Shown here: piece after piece, positions 8,834-17,416 of the stretch
Numbering within the stretch: the first letter of the stretch is position 1
Layout of the letters: every line of letters begins with the position of its first letter
Source of the DNA: a virus
IMG/VR virus record: IMGVR_UViG_3300025598_000024
Coordinates: 1-64,000 of that record
Direction: 5' to 3' (one strand)
Length of the DNA stretch: 64,000 bases
Notes under the pieces: generated by a model
The model's database searches: none
What the model was told of the DNA's origin: nothing
The model's input: only the letters and a program-made list of their open reading frames with translations
Translations under genes and position numbers: made by a program

Positions 8834-9396
8834 ACAACATCATCAGAAACAAGCCCTACTACAAGGGTGTCACAAAAGACCTGAAGTCACCAACACAGGC
8901 CAACAAACTTACCTACACGCCGGGAACGATTGTCGAAGCCGATGACCTCAACCTTGACCCAGACAAGGACTGCGGTGCAGGTATCAACTTCTGCTCAACC
9001 CTTGCCGGTGCGTTGAGGTGGGCTAGGTGTGGAACTGTGGTCACAGTGACGGTGCCGGACGGTGAACCCATCGTGGACACTGGCGACAAGTTGCGAGCCA
9101 AGCGAGTTCTCGTTGGCGAAGTGGTGAGCCTCAGTGGCGCATACCTCGTTGGCGCAGACCTCACGGACGCAGACCTCAGGGACGCAGACCTCAGTGGCGC
9201 AGACCTCACGGACGCAAACCTCAGGGACGCATACCTCACGGTCGCAGACCTCACGGACGCAAACCTCTGGGACGCAAACCTCGTTGGCGCATACCTCAGG
9301 GACGCAGACCTCAGGAACGCACGTGGCAACGACCGCACCATTCTTCCTAAGGGCTACAAGGTTGTAGATGGCTATGTCGTGAGGGAGGCAGAGTGA
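8830..9396 (+). CDS. pentapeptide repeat protein
   Basis: tandem A[DNY]Lxx repeats; N-terminal CGAGINFC domain. Confidence 0.9.
   Translation: MNNIIRNKPYYKGVTKDLKSPTQANKLTYTPGTIVEADDLNLDPDKDCGAGINFCSTLAGALRWARCGTVVTVTVPDGEPIVDTGDKLRAKRVLVGEVVSLSGAYLVGADLTDADLRDADLSGADLTDANLRDAYLTVADLTDANLWDANLVGAYLRDADLRNARGNDRTILPKGYKVVDGYVVREAE
9130..9320 (+). repeat. 15-bp tandem repeats encoding pentapeptides
   Basis: repeating GACGCAGACCTCAGG-like units. Confidence 0.85.
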
Positions 9397-9746
9397 TGAA
9401 CCAGCAAGAGCGAGATGCCCTGCGAGAGAAACACCGTTGCCTTGAGAGCAAGGTTGGCCCGTGGTGTCGTTCCTGTATGCACGGTTGGCCCTGCGACACC
9501 ATCCACGCACTCAACCTCTACGACGACCTCGTGGACAACGCTCGGTTCATGCTCAAAGAGGTCACGCCTAGCGAATACGGTTCCGCCTACGCACACGGCT
9601 ACCGAGTGGCACTCCAAGACATGATTAGTGAGGACGACCTGTATGGGGAGCGTTTAGCCGAAGCAGTTTCCACCACCGGGCCAGCGGAAGTTCACGGCAG
9701 CAGTGAAGTATCCGCTACTCGTGAAGTATGCGAGCGCGTCCAATGA
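9393..9746 (+). CDS. zinc-binding hypothetical protein
   Basis: H..CRSC..WPCD motif. Confidence 0.65.
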   Translation: MMNQQERDALREKHRCLESKVGPWCRSCMHGWPCDTIHALNLYDDLVDNARFMLKEVTPSEYGSAYAHGYRVALQDMISEDDLYGERLAEAVSTTGPAEVHGSSEVSATREVCERVQ

Positions 9747-9810
9747 CAAGCCGAGCAAACACTGACGGCATCAACGACAACGCAGTACAACATAACAAGG
9801 GAGACAAGCA

Positions 9811-10065
9811 ATGAGCAAAGTGAGAAACCTACGAGCATGGCTGGCAACGCTGCCGGACGACGCGGAGATCACCTGTGAGATCCGAACTAGGGCGGACGCC
9901 GACGAGCACTTGGAGGATCTGGCAGCGCGCGACGGCGTTGACTTCGTGCCGCTGACAGACGAGCAGTGGCGGAGCATCGTCGTCCAATACGAGGACACGG
10001 GCGAACTCGATGACTTCTACGAAGTAGTTCGTTGGAAGGTCGGCGGTTGGGAGGTATCAGAATGA
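9811..10065 (+). CDS. hypothetical protein
   Basis: AAGGGAG RBS. Confidence 0.6.
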   Translation: MSKVRNLRAWLATLPDDAEITCEIRTRADADEHLEDLAARDGVDFVPLTDEQWRSIVVQYEDTGELDDFYEVVRWKVGGWEVSE

Positions 10066-10391
10066 ATCAGCAAGAGAGAGATGAATACATCAGTCGGCGC
10101 TGGACTGGCCCAGGCTGGAAGCAACTGATTCTGGACTGTGACAGAGAGATGGCCCAGATAGACCCTGACTATACTATCCTGCAGATCAAGGAGAAGTTCG
10201 GCGGGTTGCGATACTATGTAGAAGGCCACCAGGATCTGTTTGAGATCGAAAGAAAGTACGAGGAATTAAGTTACAGTACTTGTGAAAAGTGTGGTAGCAC
10301 AGAGCATGTGCTTGTTGGTACCAACAATAACAGCTACTGGGTCAAGAGTCTTTGCAACGACTGCAGAGCAGAAGGAGAAAGCAATGAGTGA
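10062..10391 (+). CDS. conserved phage protein
   Basis: GW...QIKEKFGGLRYY...S..TCEKCG..LC..C widespread phage motif. Confidence 0.75.
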   Translation: MNQQERDEYISRRWTGPGWKQLILDCDREMAQIDPDYTILQIKEKFGGLRYYVEGHQDLFEIERKYEELSYSTCEKCGSTEHVLVGTNNNSYWVKSLCNDCRAEGESNE

Positions 10392-10782
10392 TGAACAGCA
10401 CAGTGCAAGCCTGAGCCCCCGGTACAAGCCGGGTGATCGGGTGATGACCAACTGGGGTGAAGAGATAGTTATCGAAGGCATCTCGGTGTACACCAGTATA
10501 ACTTATGAAGCTAACGGTACAATCTGGTCTGACACTGAACTGCGTCCAGTCCCGGACAACTCTGGCAAGACCATTGTAAAGAGCAGGAAGTGCCTGGTGC
10601 ATGAACAGGTTGAGCACGAGTACACCGACTCATTCCGGTGGTGTCCGGAGTGCTGGCATGTTTTCCAGACAACTGACGACATCCGTCTGTTGCTCTGGGA
10701 TGAGATCGGGATCATTCCCGAAGATGAAGGCTGGCGGGTGGAAGACATGAAGAGTTGCCCACTCTGCCAACACGACTGGTAA
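10384..10782 (+). CDS. hypothetical protein
   Basis: AAGGAG RBS; CxxC pairs. Confidence 0.6.
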   Translation: MSDEQHSASLSPRYKPGDRVMTNWGEEIVIEGISVYTSITYEANGTIWSDTELRPVPDNSGKTIVKSRKCLVHEQVEHEYTDSFRWCPECWHVFQTTDDIRLLLWDEIGIIPEDEGWRVEDMKSCPLCQHDW

Positions 10783-10921
10783 AGGAGAGAGATGGACAAG
10801 ACACAACTGGGTGAACGTTTGATTCACCTGCAGACCGAACTCAGCTGGTTGAAGGCACAGCGCAAGGGAGTCAAGCAGGAGATCAAGCACACCATGAGAC
10901 TGATCAAGGAGCTGGGACCAG

Positions 10922-11125
10922 ATGAAACACTGTCCTAGCTGCGGTGCCCCGGAAGACTGGAGAGAAAAAATTGGCTCGAGCATCACTGATGAGCGCACTC
11001 GTTTTCCTTGGAATAGTACATCTGATGAAGAACTGGTAGACTGTTCCAGTTGTGAGTTGCCGGCCCTGTTCCGTGACGAACTGGGCAACCCCACCTGCAT
11101 TGACTGCTGGAAGGATTCAGAATGA
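10922..11125 (+). CDS. zinc-binding hypothetical protein
   Basis: three CxxC motifs. Confidence 0.55.
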   Translation: MKHCPSCGAPEDWREKIGSSITDERTRFPWNSTSDEELVDCSSCELPALFRDELGNPTCIDCWKDSE

Positions 11126-11382
11126 AATATATCATTCAAGACTGGATGAGCAACCGGCTCTGGCCGGAGCAGGTCTTCGATAGTTTTGAACAGGGTTGGG
11201 AATGGATCTACACCAATGATCCTGAGCCGGATCCTGCTAGTGACCTGTGGCTGGACGGTTGGTACGATGATTACTATGTCATGCCCTTGCACGAGTGTAC
11301 CTGTGAGATGGGAACCTGCGCCTATCATGCCGGTTACCAGGATGGTGTTCGTGACAGCACACGTGGGACAACTGCACGATAA
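11122..11382 (+). CDS. hypothetical protein
   Basis: ATGA overlap with upstream gene. Confidence 0.6.
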   Translation: MKYIIQDWMSNRLWPEQVFDSFEQGWEWIYTNDPEPDPASDLWLDGWYDDYYVMPLHECTCEMGTCAYHAGYQDGVRDSTRGTTAR

Positions 11383-11469
11383 GCATTTGCCTGATTGGCG
11401 CTGCGCGCGTGCGGAATCTCTTTGAACAGAGGCCGGGAAAATTTTTTTATATATACTATTAGTATAGGC

Positions 11470-11498
11470 TTGTGTTCAAGTATCAAGTAAGATATAGT
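11470..11498 (+). promoter_or_regulatory. sigma70/SigA-like promoter
   Basis: TTGTGT-N17-TATAGT downstream of an AT tract. Confidence 0.5.
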
Positions 11499-11600
11499 GT
11501 TCTTATCCCACTAGTACAGTGAGTTCCTGTGGGTTGTGAGCATTGGTCATGCTCATGTAATAGAATGACCATGTAGTATATCCATCCCTAGTAAGGAGGC

Positions 11601-12281
11601 TTGGCTGTGAAGCCAATCATCTGGGTTGCCAGACCCGACAAAACTGGCTGGAATGCCACTCGAGCTCGTGATCGTGTGGATTATTCCTTCTGTGTGTATC
11701 GCGAAGACTCTGCTACTGGCAATCCTGCCCGGCTGGTTGTTCGTGAGACCTATACCGATAAACCTGAGGCTCGCGCCAGAAAGGTTATCGGTGAGTTCAT
11801 GTTTGACACCGCCAAGCGTGCCAAGGATGCTGTGGTTAACTCTCTTATTATGTACAATGATGAGGCTCGCTACCCGCCTGCCACGGTTACGCGTGAGGTG
11901 TTGCGTGACAAGTTCTTGCGCACCATGCAGTGGGACAGCGAGCAGGACAGCCTGTTCTACAGCACTATGAACTGGTTTGACAGTCCGGTTAGTGGTGCTG
12001 GTGCTCGTCCTGTGCCAGTTGTCAACCCTGCACCAGAGACTGTCCCGCCAGCCACGTTGATGGATCAGGCCAACAACCAGTTTGCAGCTGATTCTGGGCA
12101 CAACATGACTGGTATTGACTCTATCGCAAGTGATGTGATTGAGGCAATGCAGATGCTTGAGCAGGTTGAGCAGATGGTTGAACCCGTGTTCGACCCCGAG
12201 AACTGGTCACCTGGTGATGCGGTGCCCGCAGGTTGGGCTATTATCGGTGGCAAGCCAGTCCAGTTCAGCTGGCCCAAGTAG
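11601..12281 (+). CDS. hypothetical protein
   Basis: AAGGAGG RBS, TTG start. Confidence 0.7.
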   Translation: MAVKPIIWVARPDKTGWNATRARDRVDYSFCVYREDSATGNPARLVVRETYTDKPEARARKVIGEFMFDTAKRAKDAVVNSLIMYNDEARYPPATVTREVLRDKFLRTMQWDSEQDSLFYSTMNWFDSPVSGAGARPVPVVNPAPETVPPATLMDQANNQFAADSGHNMTGIDSIASDVIEAMQMLEQVEQMVEPVFDPENWSPGDAVPAGWAIIGGKPVQFSWPK

Positions 12282-12347
12282 TAGCACACTCCTGGGCATG
12301 AGTATAAACTGCCCAATCATACAACAACTATCAAAGGAGCTTGTCCC

Positions 12348-12950
12348 GTGGGACTCGACCAATACGCATTTGCTGTACATCCACACCCCGATAACACCGA
12401 TTTTTATATCGGTTGGGATAACAGTGAACGATACGATGGTAAAGACATCCAAGAGAACATGTGCAGGTTCGCTGTGTGGCGTAAGCACCCCAACCTGCAA
12501 GGTTGGATGGAGAAGCTGTTCAATCACAAGGCCAACATGCAGAACTACCGTGGTGAAGTTAAGCCAGGTGGTATGGGTGATGACATTGGATTCACCAGCA
12601 TTGTTCTGGATCCTGAGACAGGTGAGGAACAAGAGATGACTGATGAGATCCGTGAAGCACTAGCAGGATTGCAGAAGGAAATCAACGAGAACATGCCTGA
12701 TGCACTGCGTCAGTCTCTTCTCAGTGCTCCTGCTCAACGAGTGTTCAACTGTCAGCCAATCCGCTTGACTCTTAGTGATCTCGAGCAGCTGGAGACGGCC
12801 ATCAATCGTGGTCATCTGCCCGCAACATCAGGGTTCTTCTTCGGTGACTCTGCCGATGATGAGAACAAGGAATACGACCTGGAGTTCATCACTGCTAGCC
12901 GGGAGGCTATCAAGAACGGACTCGATGTCTACTACAACAGCTGGTGGTAA
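12348..12950 (+). CDS. conserved phage protein
   Basis: MGLDQY...WRKHPNLQGW...GFFFG...YYNSWW widespread phage family pattern. Confidence 0.75.
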   Translation: MGLDQYAFAVHPHPDNTDFYIGWDNSERYDGKDIQENMCRFAVWRKHPNLQGWMEKLFNHKANMQNYRGEVKPGGMGDDIGFTSIVLDPETGEEQEMTDEIREALAGLQKEINENMPDALRQSLLSAPAQRVFNCQPIRLTLSDLEQLETAINRGHLPATSGFFFGDSADDENKEYDLEFITASREAIKNGLDVYYNSWW

Positions 12951-12953
12951 ATC

Positions 12954-13511
12954 ATGCCAAATCACGTATATAACTCAGTCACATTCAATGGTGACGCACA
13001 TGCATTGACCAGGATCATGAAGAAGCTGGGTATGCCACACACACTGAGTGAGGGCATGCCGCAGTTCAACTTCTATAACCTGATCGAGCCCAGCGACATT
13101 GCATGGTACAAGTCAACCGATGAAGGTCATACAGATAACTGGTACAACTGGCGCATTGCGAACTGGGGAACCAAGTGGAATGCTTACGATGTTAACATGT
13201 GCCGTTCTGACGACAATCAGGCGCTTGCCTATGACTTCTCTACAGCCTGGAGTCAACCTACTGGTATCATCATGGCACTGGTAGACTACATGGTTGAAGA
13301 AAGGTTCGATGTCAGCATGGACTGGATCTTCGAAGAAGAGCAGGGATGGGGTGGTGAATATCACTATGACCTGGCTACTGGTATGAGCGTGGTTCAAGAA
13401 TGGGATATACCAGAAACCCATCATGAACTTGTAGAGCGTAAAGGGACCTGCTATTGTGAGGGGGAAAATCCAATATTCTATGACTGCCCAGGAGCACAAC
13501 AAGATGAATGA
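12954..13511 (+). CDS. DUF1281/YubB (Api92-like) ferredoxin-fold protein
   Basis: MPN.V.N...WYNWR..NWGTKW...F.TAWS.P...EE motif. Confidence 0.8.
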   Translation: MPNHVYNSVTFNGDAHALTRIMKKLGMPHTLSEGMPQFNFYNLIEPSDIAWYKSTDEGHTDNWYNWRIANWGTKWNAYDVNMCRSDDNQALAYDFSTAWSQPTGIIMALVDYMVEERFDVSMDWIFEEEQGWGGEYHYDLATGMSVVQEWDIPETHHELVERKGTCYCEGENPIFYDCPGAQQDE

Positions 13512-13737
13512 AGAAGAAATAGCTGAAATGCACAGCAAGTTAGCAGCACAATTCAAGAGTTGGGAAGATGGCAGTTTGTTAGAGCCCAAGATGCTAAAAA
13601 TCTATCAGACCATTATCGATGATGGTATGGAGCACGGCTTGGGCATGATGATAACTAGCACTTGCAATCTGCTGATCCATCATGGGGCTTGCACACCTTA
13701 CAAACCGCGACAACTACCACCAAAAAGAGAGGAGTAA
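13504..13737 (+). CDS. hypothetical protein
   Basis: packed ORF. Confidence 0.55.
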   Translation: MNEEEIAEMHSKLAAQFKSWEDGSLLEPKMLKIYQTIIDDGMEHGLGMMITSTCNLLIHHGACTPYKPRQLPPKREE

Positions 13738-13952
13738 TGCAGTATAACTATGTAATCAGTTGGACCCTGGAAGAAGGATGGAAGATCGACTGGGAGACAA
13801 CAATGGCTAAATTTCCAGAGGGGAACATTTACATTCCCAATATGGATAAATGGATAGACGTGGGGGACACAAGCAGTGAGACTTATGTTACCGAGACCGT
13901 CATTACGGACGACCTTGAAGATGTATTCGAAGGCATGCGGGAGAACTGTTAG
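13737..13952 (+). CDS. hypothetical protein
   Basis: GAGGAG RBS, TAATG coupling. Confidence 0.55.
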   Translation: MQYNYVISWTLEEGWKIDWETTMAKFPEGNIYIPNMDKWIDVGDTSSETYVTETVITDDLEDVFEGMRENC

Positions 13953-14053
13953 CGGACTGCATCCATCAACAATTTTTAACAGGCAAAAAAATGAAGGGAG
14001 GGTATGTTCATCATCAACGGTTCTCAAAGCACAGAAAAATCAAGGGAGGATAA

Positions 14054-14746
14054 GTGGATTCATTGAGCAATATAATCGATAGAATTCAGAAGTGTCTTAA
14101 CCTTGCACACGGCAGCAACTTTCTTGGTGAACGTGAAGCTGCCCAAGCTATGGCCCAACGTCTTATCACCAAGTATCAGATTGACGATCTACAGCTTAAG
14201 GCTCTGAGTAAAGCTGGTAACTCATACGTCACCCAGGACTTTGTCAGTATAAAGACAAACCAGACTATGAACAGTATCTTACTCGATACTATCGCCAAGC
14301 ATAACTTCTGTAGAGTGCTACGTGGCAACGGTTATTGTATTGTGTACGGTTATGACGACGATATTCAGATTGTTATCAGTATGTACTCTATACTATCTCT
14401 ACACATGCAATCAGAGCATGATGAAAAGATAGAATCAGCTACATCTAATAGCAGGTCTGATGCTCGTCAGTGGAGCAAGTCATTCTATATCGGTTATTGC
14501 TCAGGTGTAGACGAGCGTATCCGTGAAGCACGACAGTCAACAATTAATACTATCATATCACATGATAAGTCTGTTGCTATCTATGTCAAGGACAAGCAGC
14601 ATGCAGTAGAAGAATACTTCCAGTCACAAGCTTATGATCTGCGTCCCGGTCCCAACCATGAAGTCAATATGCTCAGCTCAGGTTACATTGCAGGTCATGC
14701 CAGCGGTCGTAACTCAGACATCGGTCAGACACGGATTGAACAATGA
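14054..14746 (+). CDS. DUF2786/DUF7168-like protein
   Basis: RIQKCLNLA....EREAA..MAQRLITKY N-terminus; SF..G, GY.AG...G C-terminus. Confidence 0.8.
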   Translation: MDSLSNIIDRIQKCLNLAHGSNFLGEREAAQAMAQRLITKYQIDDLQLKALSKAGNSYVTQDFVSIKTNQTMNSILLDTIAKHNFCRVLRGNGYCIVYGYDDDIQIVISMYSILSLHMQSEHDEKIESATSNSRSDARQWSKSFYIGYCSGVDERIREARQSTINTIISHDKSVAIYVKDKQHAVEEYFQSQAYDLRPGPNHEVNMLSSGYIAGHASGRNSDIGQTRIEQ

Positions 14747-14937
14747 ACTTAGCTTACGTTCTACAGTATGATACTGGACAGGATAACTATGAGATCTCAG
14801 GTGTGTACTCGAGTCTAAAGTCAGCTATGAATGCTGTTACAGTTGAGTGGAAACAGAATGAAGAGCTGGCTCTTTGGGAAGGCTACCATCCTGAAGGTGG
14901 TATGTGGAGTATTGAAGTTTATCCAATACTAGATTAG
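14743..14937 (+). CDS. hypothetical protein (last + strand gene)
   Basis: GVYSSL..A motif; converges with the - arm. Confidence 0.6.
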   Translation: MNLAYVLQYDTGQDNYEISGVYSSLKSAMNAVTVEWKQNEELALWEGYHPEGGMWSIEVYPILD

Positions 14938-15690
14938 TGATACGTTTTCTTTATCAACTTTTACATTAGTATTGATGTGTTGAATATCTTCTGGGGTCCA
15001 CATTGACCAGTTACCTGGGCTGGTAGGATAGTTATAAAGCCCATTGTATGAGTGCCATCCAACTCGTCTGCCGAGTTCTTCATGATAGCGCTGAGCATTC
15101 TCACGCGTTCGTTGCTGTGGTCTACCCCATTTATCATCGCTGTTTTCACGAGAATAAACTTGTGAATTAATGCCTAAATTATTAGGTGCAAGATGATGTT
15201 TGATTAGTGCATGGTTCATTGCGGTAGCAGCGCCCGGGTGTATTGATGTAGCAGAATTTATAAAGGCTAGCTCTGGCCAATTTTTATTTTGACTAGCTCT
15301 TAATGAACCAACTATATTACCGCCATGCATGGCAAGAATGAACCTAGAGTTTTGTTCTTCTGGATACGAAAGCGTATATGATCCATCACGGTATGCATTT
15401 GATAGTGCTTGCGCGTTAGAGATAGTATTTGCAATAGCCGTTTCATGCGTAGCATCTTTAGGTTTAATTGTTTTTAACGTTGCTATCTGTTTTTCTAAGC
15501 TAGCATGCTTGTCAACATCTGGCTCTTTTATGCTATCCATATCATGGATCTCTATACTGCCGCCGCCTTCGTAAAAGCTATTAGTTTTACCCTGGACGCC
15601 TTCTAGTATTCCAGGGAGCTTTACTCTGCTGTTAGGTTTGTAAACAGCAATAGCATAACGCTCACTAGCGTATCTTATAGACCAGTTCAT
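14929..15690 (-). CDS. possible GNAT-fold protein with MNWxxRY leader
   Basis: ILAMHGGNIVGSL...FINS...PGAATAM..ALI...A.RYHEELG resembles GNAT topology. Confidence 0.45.
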   Translation of the reverse strand: MNWSIRYASERYAIAVYKPNSRVKLPGILEGVQGKTNSFYEGGGSIEIHDMDSIKEPDVDKHASLEKQIATLKTIKPKDATHETAIANTISNAQALSNAYRDGSYTLSYPEEQNSRFILAMHGGNIVGSLRASQNKNWPELAFINSATSIHPGAATAMNHALIKHHLAPNNLGINSQVYSRENSDDKWGRPQQRTRENAQRYHEELGRRVGWHSYNGLYNYPTSPGNWSMWTPEDIQHINTNVKVDKENVSLI

Positions 15691-17108
15691 AGTATATCTT
15701 CAAACCCTTCATAGCCAGGAGCAAGCTGTCGCCATGGGTAAGCCCGTTGAAACTTGTTAGCTATATTAATCAGCCTATTGTCCTGATAGTGCAGCGCTGT
15801 TACCTGCAAACCGAACGGCAAGCCATTAGAACACGCACCGAACGGTATGGATATTGCAGGCACACCTGTGACATTTTGCATTGACTCGTTATAGTCTTTT
15901 GCTGGTGGATTATAGCTACCATCAGCAGCGAAGCCAGGGTTTGGATTGGTTGGCGTAAGCAGCAGTCCATCGCTGCCAAGGAGATCATCAAGATTTTTAA
16001 TATACATAAACCTCTTGCGTCGAAGATCCATGTATTCTTGTAGGTCTACACCCTTACCTATAGTTAAAAAGTCTTTACCAGATTTAGTTAGTTTGTCCCA
16101 GTGCTTGTCTACCCACTGCTTGCCAAATTTAGTATACTGATCTGCTGACACAGCATTGTACCACTCAAGATCCGGATTGCCCTCTGGGAAAACATCCCGT
16201 GGCTCTATCCATATCACTTCGCGCTTCATTAGCTTACCAAATGCTTCTGCTGCCTCTTTAAACTTTTTAGCAGTCTCTGTTGGCAGCTTTCCAAATGGTG
16301 ACGTTCTTTCAGCTGCGTATATCTTACCGACACCATATTCTTTATTGTCCAAGAAGTTAACAGCGTCCAATGGCAAGCTTGCTGGGTCACCAGGAGTAGG
16401 TGTTTTAAGGATGTTATACATTAGTTGTAAATCGTCAGCAGAGTTAGCTAGAATACCATCAGTGGAGTAATCTATCCAATCTTGTGCAGGCCACCGGCCT
16501 ATCATGCCATTGGTTGGCTTCAGCCCAAGCAGCCCACAGTAACCTGCTGGTGTGCGAATAGATCCGCCACCGTCTGTACCTGTAGCTGAAAAGACCAGGC
16601 CAGCAGATAGCGCAGCAGCGCTACCACCACTACTACCACCCGGAGCTAGCTTAATATTCCAGGGGTTAGTTGTTACTCCTGTTAGATCATTGGCTGTGTA
16701 GCCATTGCAACCAAACTCGGGTAGTGTGCTTTTGCCAACAAAAATAAACCCACTAGCTCTCATCTTTGCTGGAGTAGCATCGTCTTGCTCCTCTGGCTTT
16801 GCATTCTTAAATGCAACGCTGCCCTTTTTAGTTGGCATGCCTTTAACATTCTGCAGATCTTTTATCAGTGCTGGTACACCATGGATTGCTCTAGTAGCTT
16901 GACCACTATCAAACATTTTAGCTTGTTGGAGCGCGTCATCATATGCTTCGTGTGCAATGACATTAAGATCTTTGTTATACTTTTCTATATTACTTATACT
17001 TTTTTCTACCAGCTGGGTAGATGTGACTTTGCCAGACTGTAGAGCAGTAACAGCGCGTGTCAATGGACCAGAATTTTTACTAGATGAATAGCGTTGTGAC
17101 CAGTTCAT
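15687..17108 (-). CDS. amidase-signature family amidase (GatA-like fold)
   Basis: IKDL (Lys), GGSSGGSAAA, GTDGGGSIRTPA: intact Ser-cisSer-Lys triad. Confidence 0.93.
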   Translation of the reverse strand: MNWSQRYSSSKNSGPLTRAVTALQSGKVTSTQLVEKSISNIEKYNKDLNVIAHEAYDDALQQAKMFDSGQATRAIHGVPALIKDLQNVKGMPTKKGSVAFKNAKPEEQDDATPAKMRASGFIFVGKSTLPEFGCNGYTANDLTGVTTNPWNIKLAPGGSSGGSAAALSAGLVFSATGTDGGGSIRTPAGYCGLLGLKPTNGMIGRWPAQDWIDYSTDGILANSADDLQLMYNILKTPTPGDPASLPLDAVNFLDNKEYGVGKIYAAERTSPFGKLPTETAKKFKEAAEAFGKLMKREVIWIEPRDVFPEGNPDLEWYNAVSADQYTKFGKQWVDKHWDKLTKSGKDFLTIGKGVDLQEYMDLRRKRFMYIKNLDDLLGSDGLLLTPTNPNPGFAADGSYNPPAKDYNESMQNVTGVPAISIPFGACSNGLPFGLQVTALHYQDNRLINIANKFQRAYPWRQLAPGYEGFEDIL

Positions 17109-17416
17109 TTCTCATCATATCCTTTGATGTTCTCATCTGACCATTTAGTAGCACGCTCGGTTGTTATCTTGCCTACTAAACCAATAGGCAGAATAAACAG
17201 CCAGCCTATCCAGCCCAGGTGCATTAGCTGTACACCTGAACATGAAGCTAGTACTATACTAACCACGTCACCGATGCCATCCATGTTTCCTGCCAGCTTG
17301 TGACGGCCATTAGCTATAGCATCTGTTAGTACAGTGCCGACAATATCTTTAACGACCATGCAGGCACAGCCTAATAAACTATATAATGATGCTTGTAATA
17401 GTATGTTCCAGCTCAT
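17105..17416 (-). CDS. small membrane protein
   Basis: 2-3 hydrophobic segments. Confidence 0.6.
   Translation of the reverse strand: MSWNILLQASLYSLLGCACMVVKDIVGTVLTDAIANGRHKLAGNMDGIGDVVSIVLASCSGVQLMHLGWIGWLFILPIGLVGKITTERATKWSDENIKGYDEK

Noticed and set aside
9130-9320. CRISPR array or DGR template in the 15-bp repeats
   Set aside because: They are in-frame coding pentapeptide repeats without spacers, and no reverse transcriptase is in the window
15687-17108. Calling the amidase gatA or an endolysin
   Set aside because: No gatB/gatC is present, and the fold is unrelated to peptidoglycan amidases
17105-17416. Holin assignment
   Set aside because: Hydrophobic, but there is no adjacent endolysin and no recognisable holin motif
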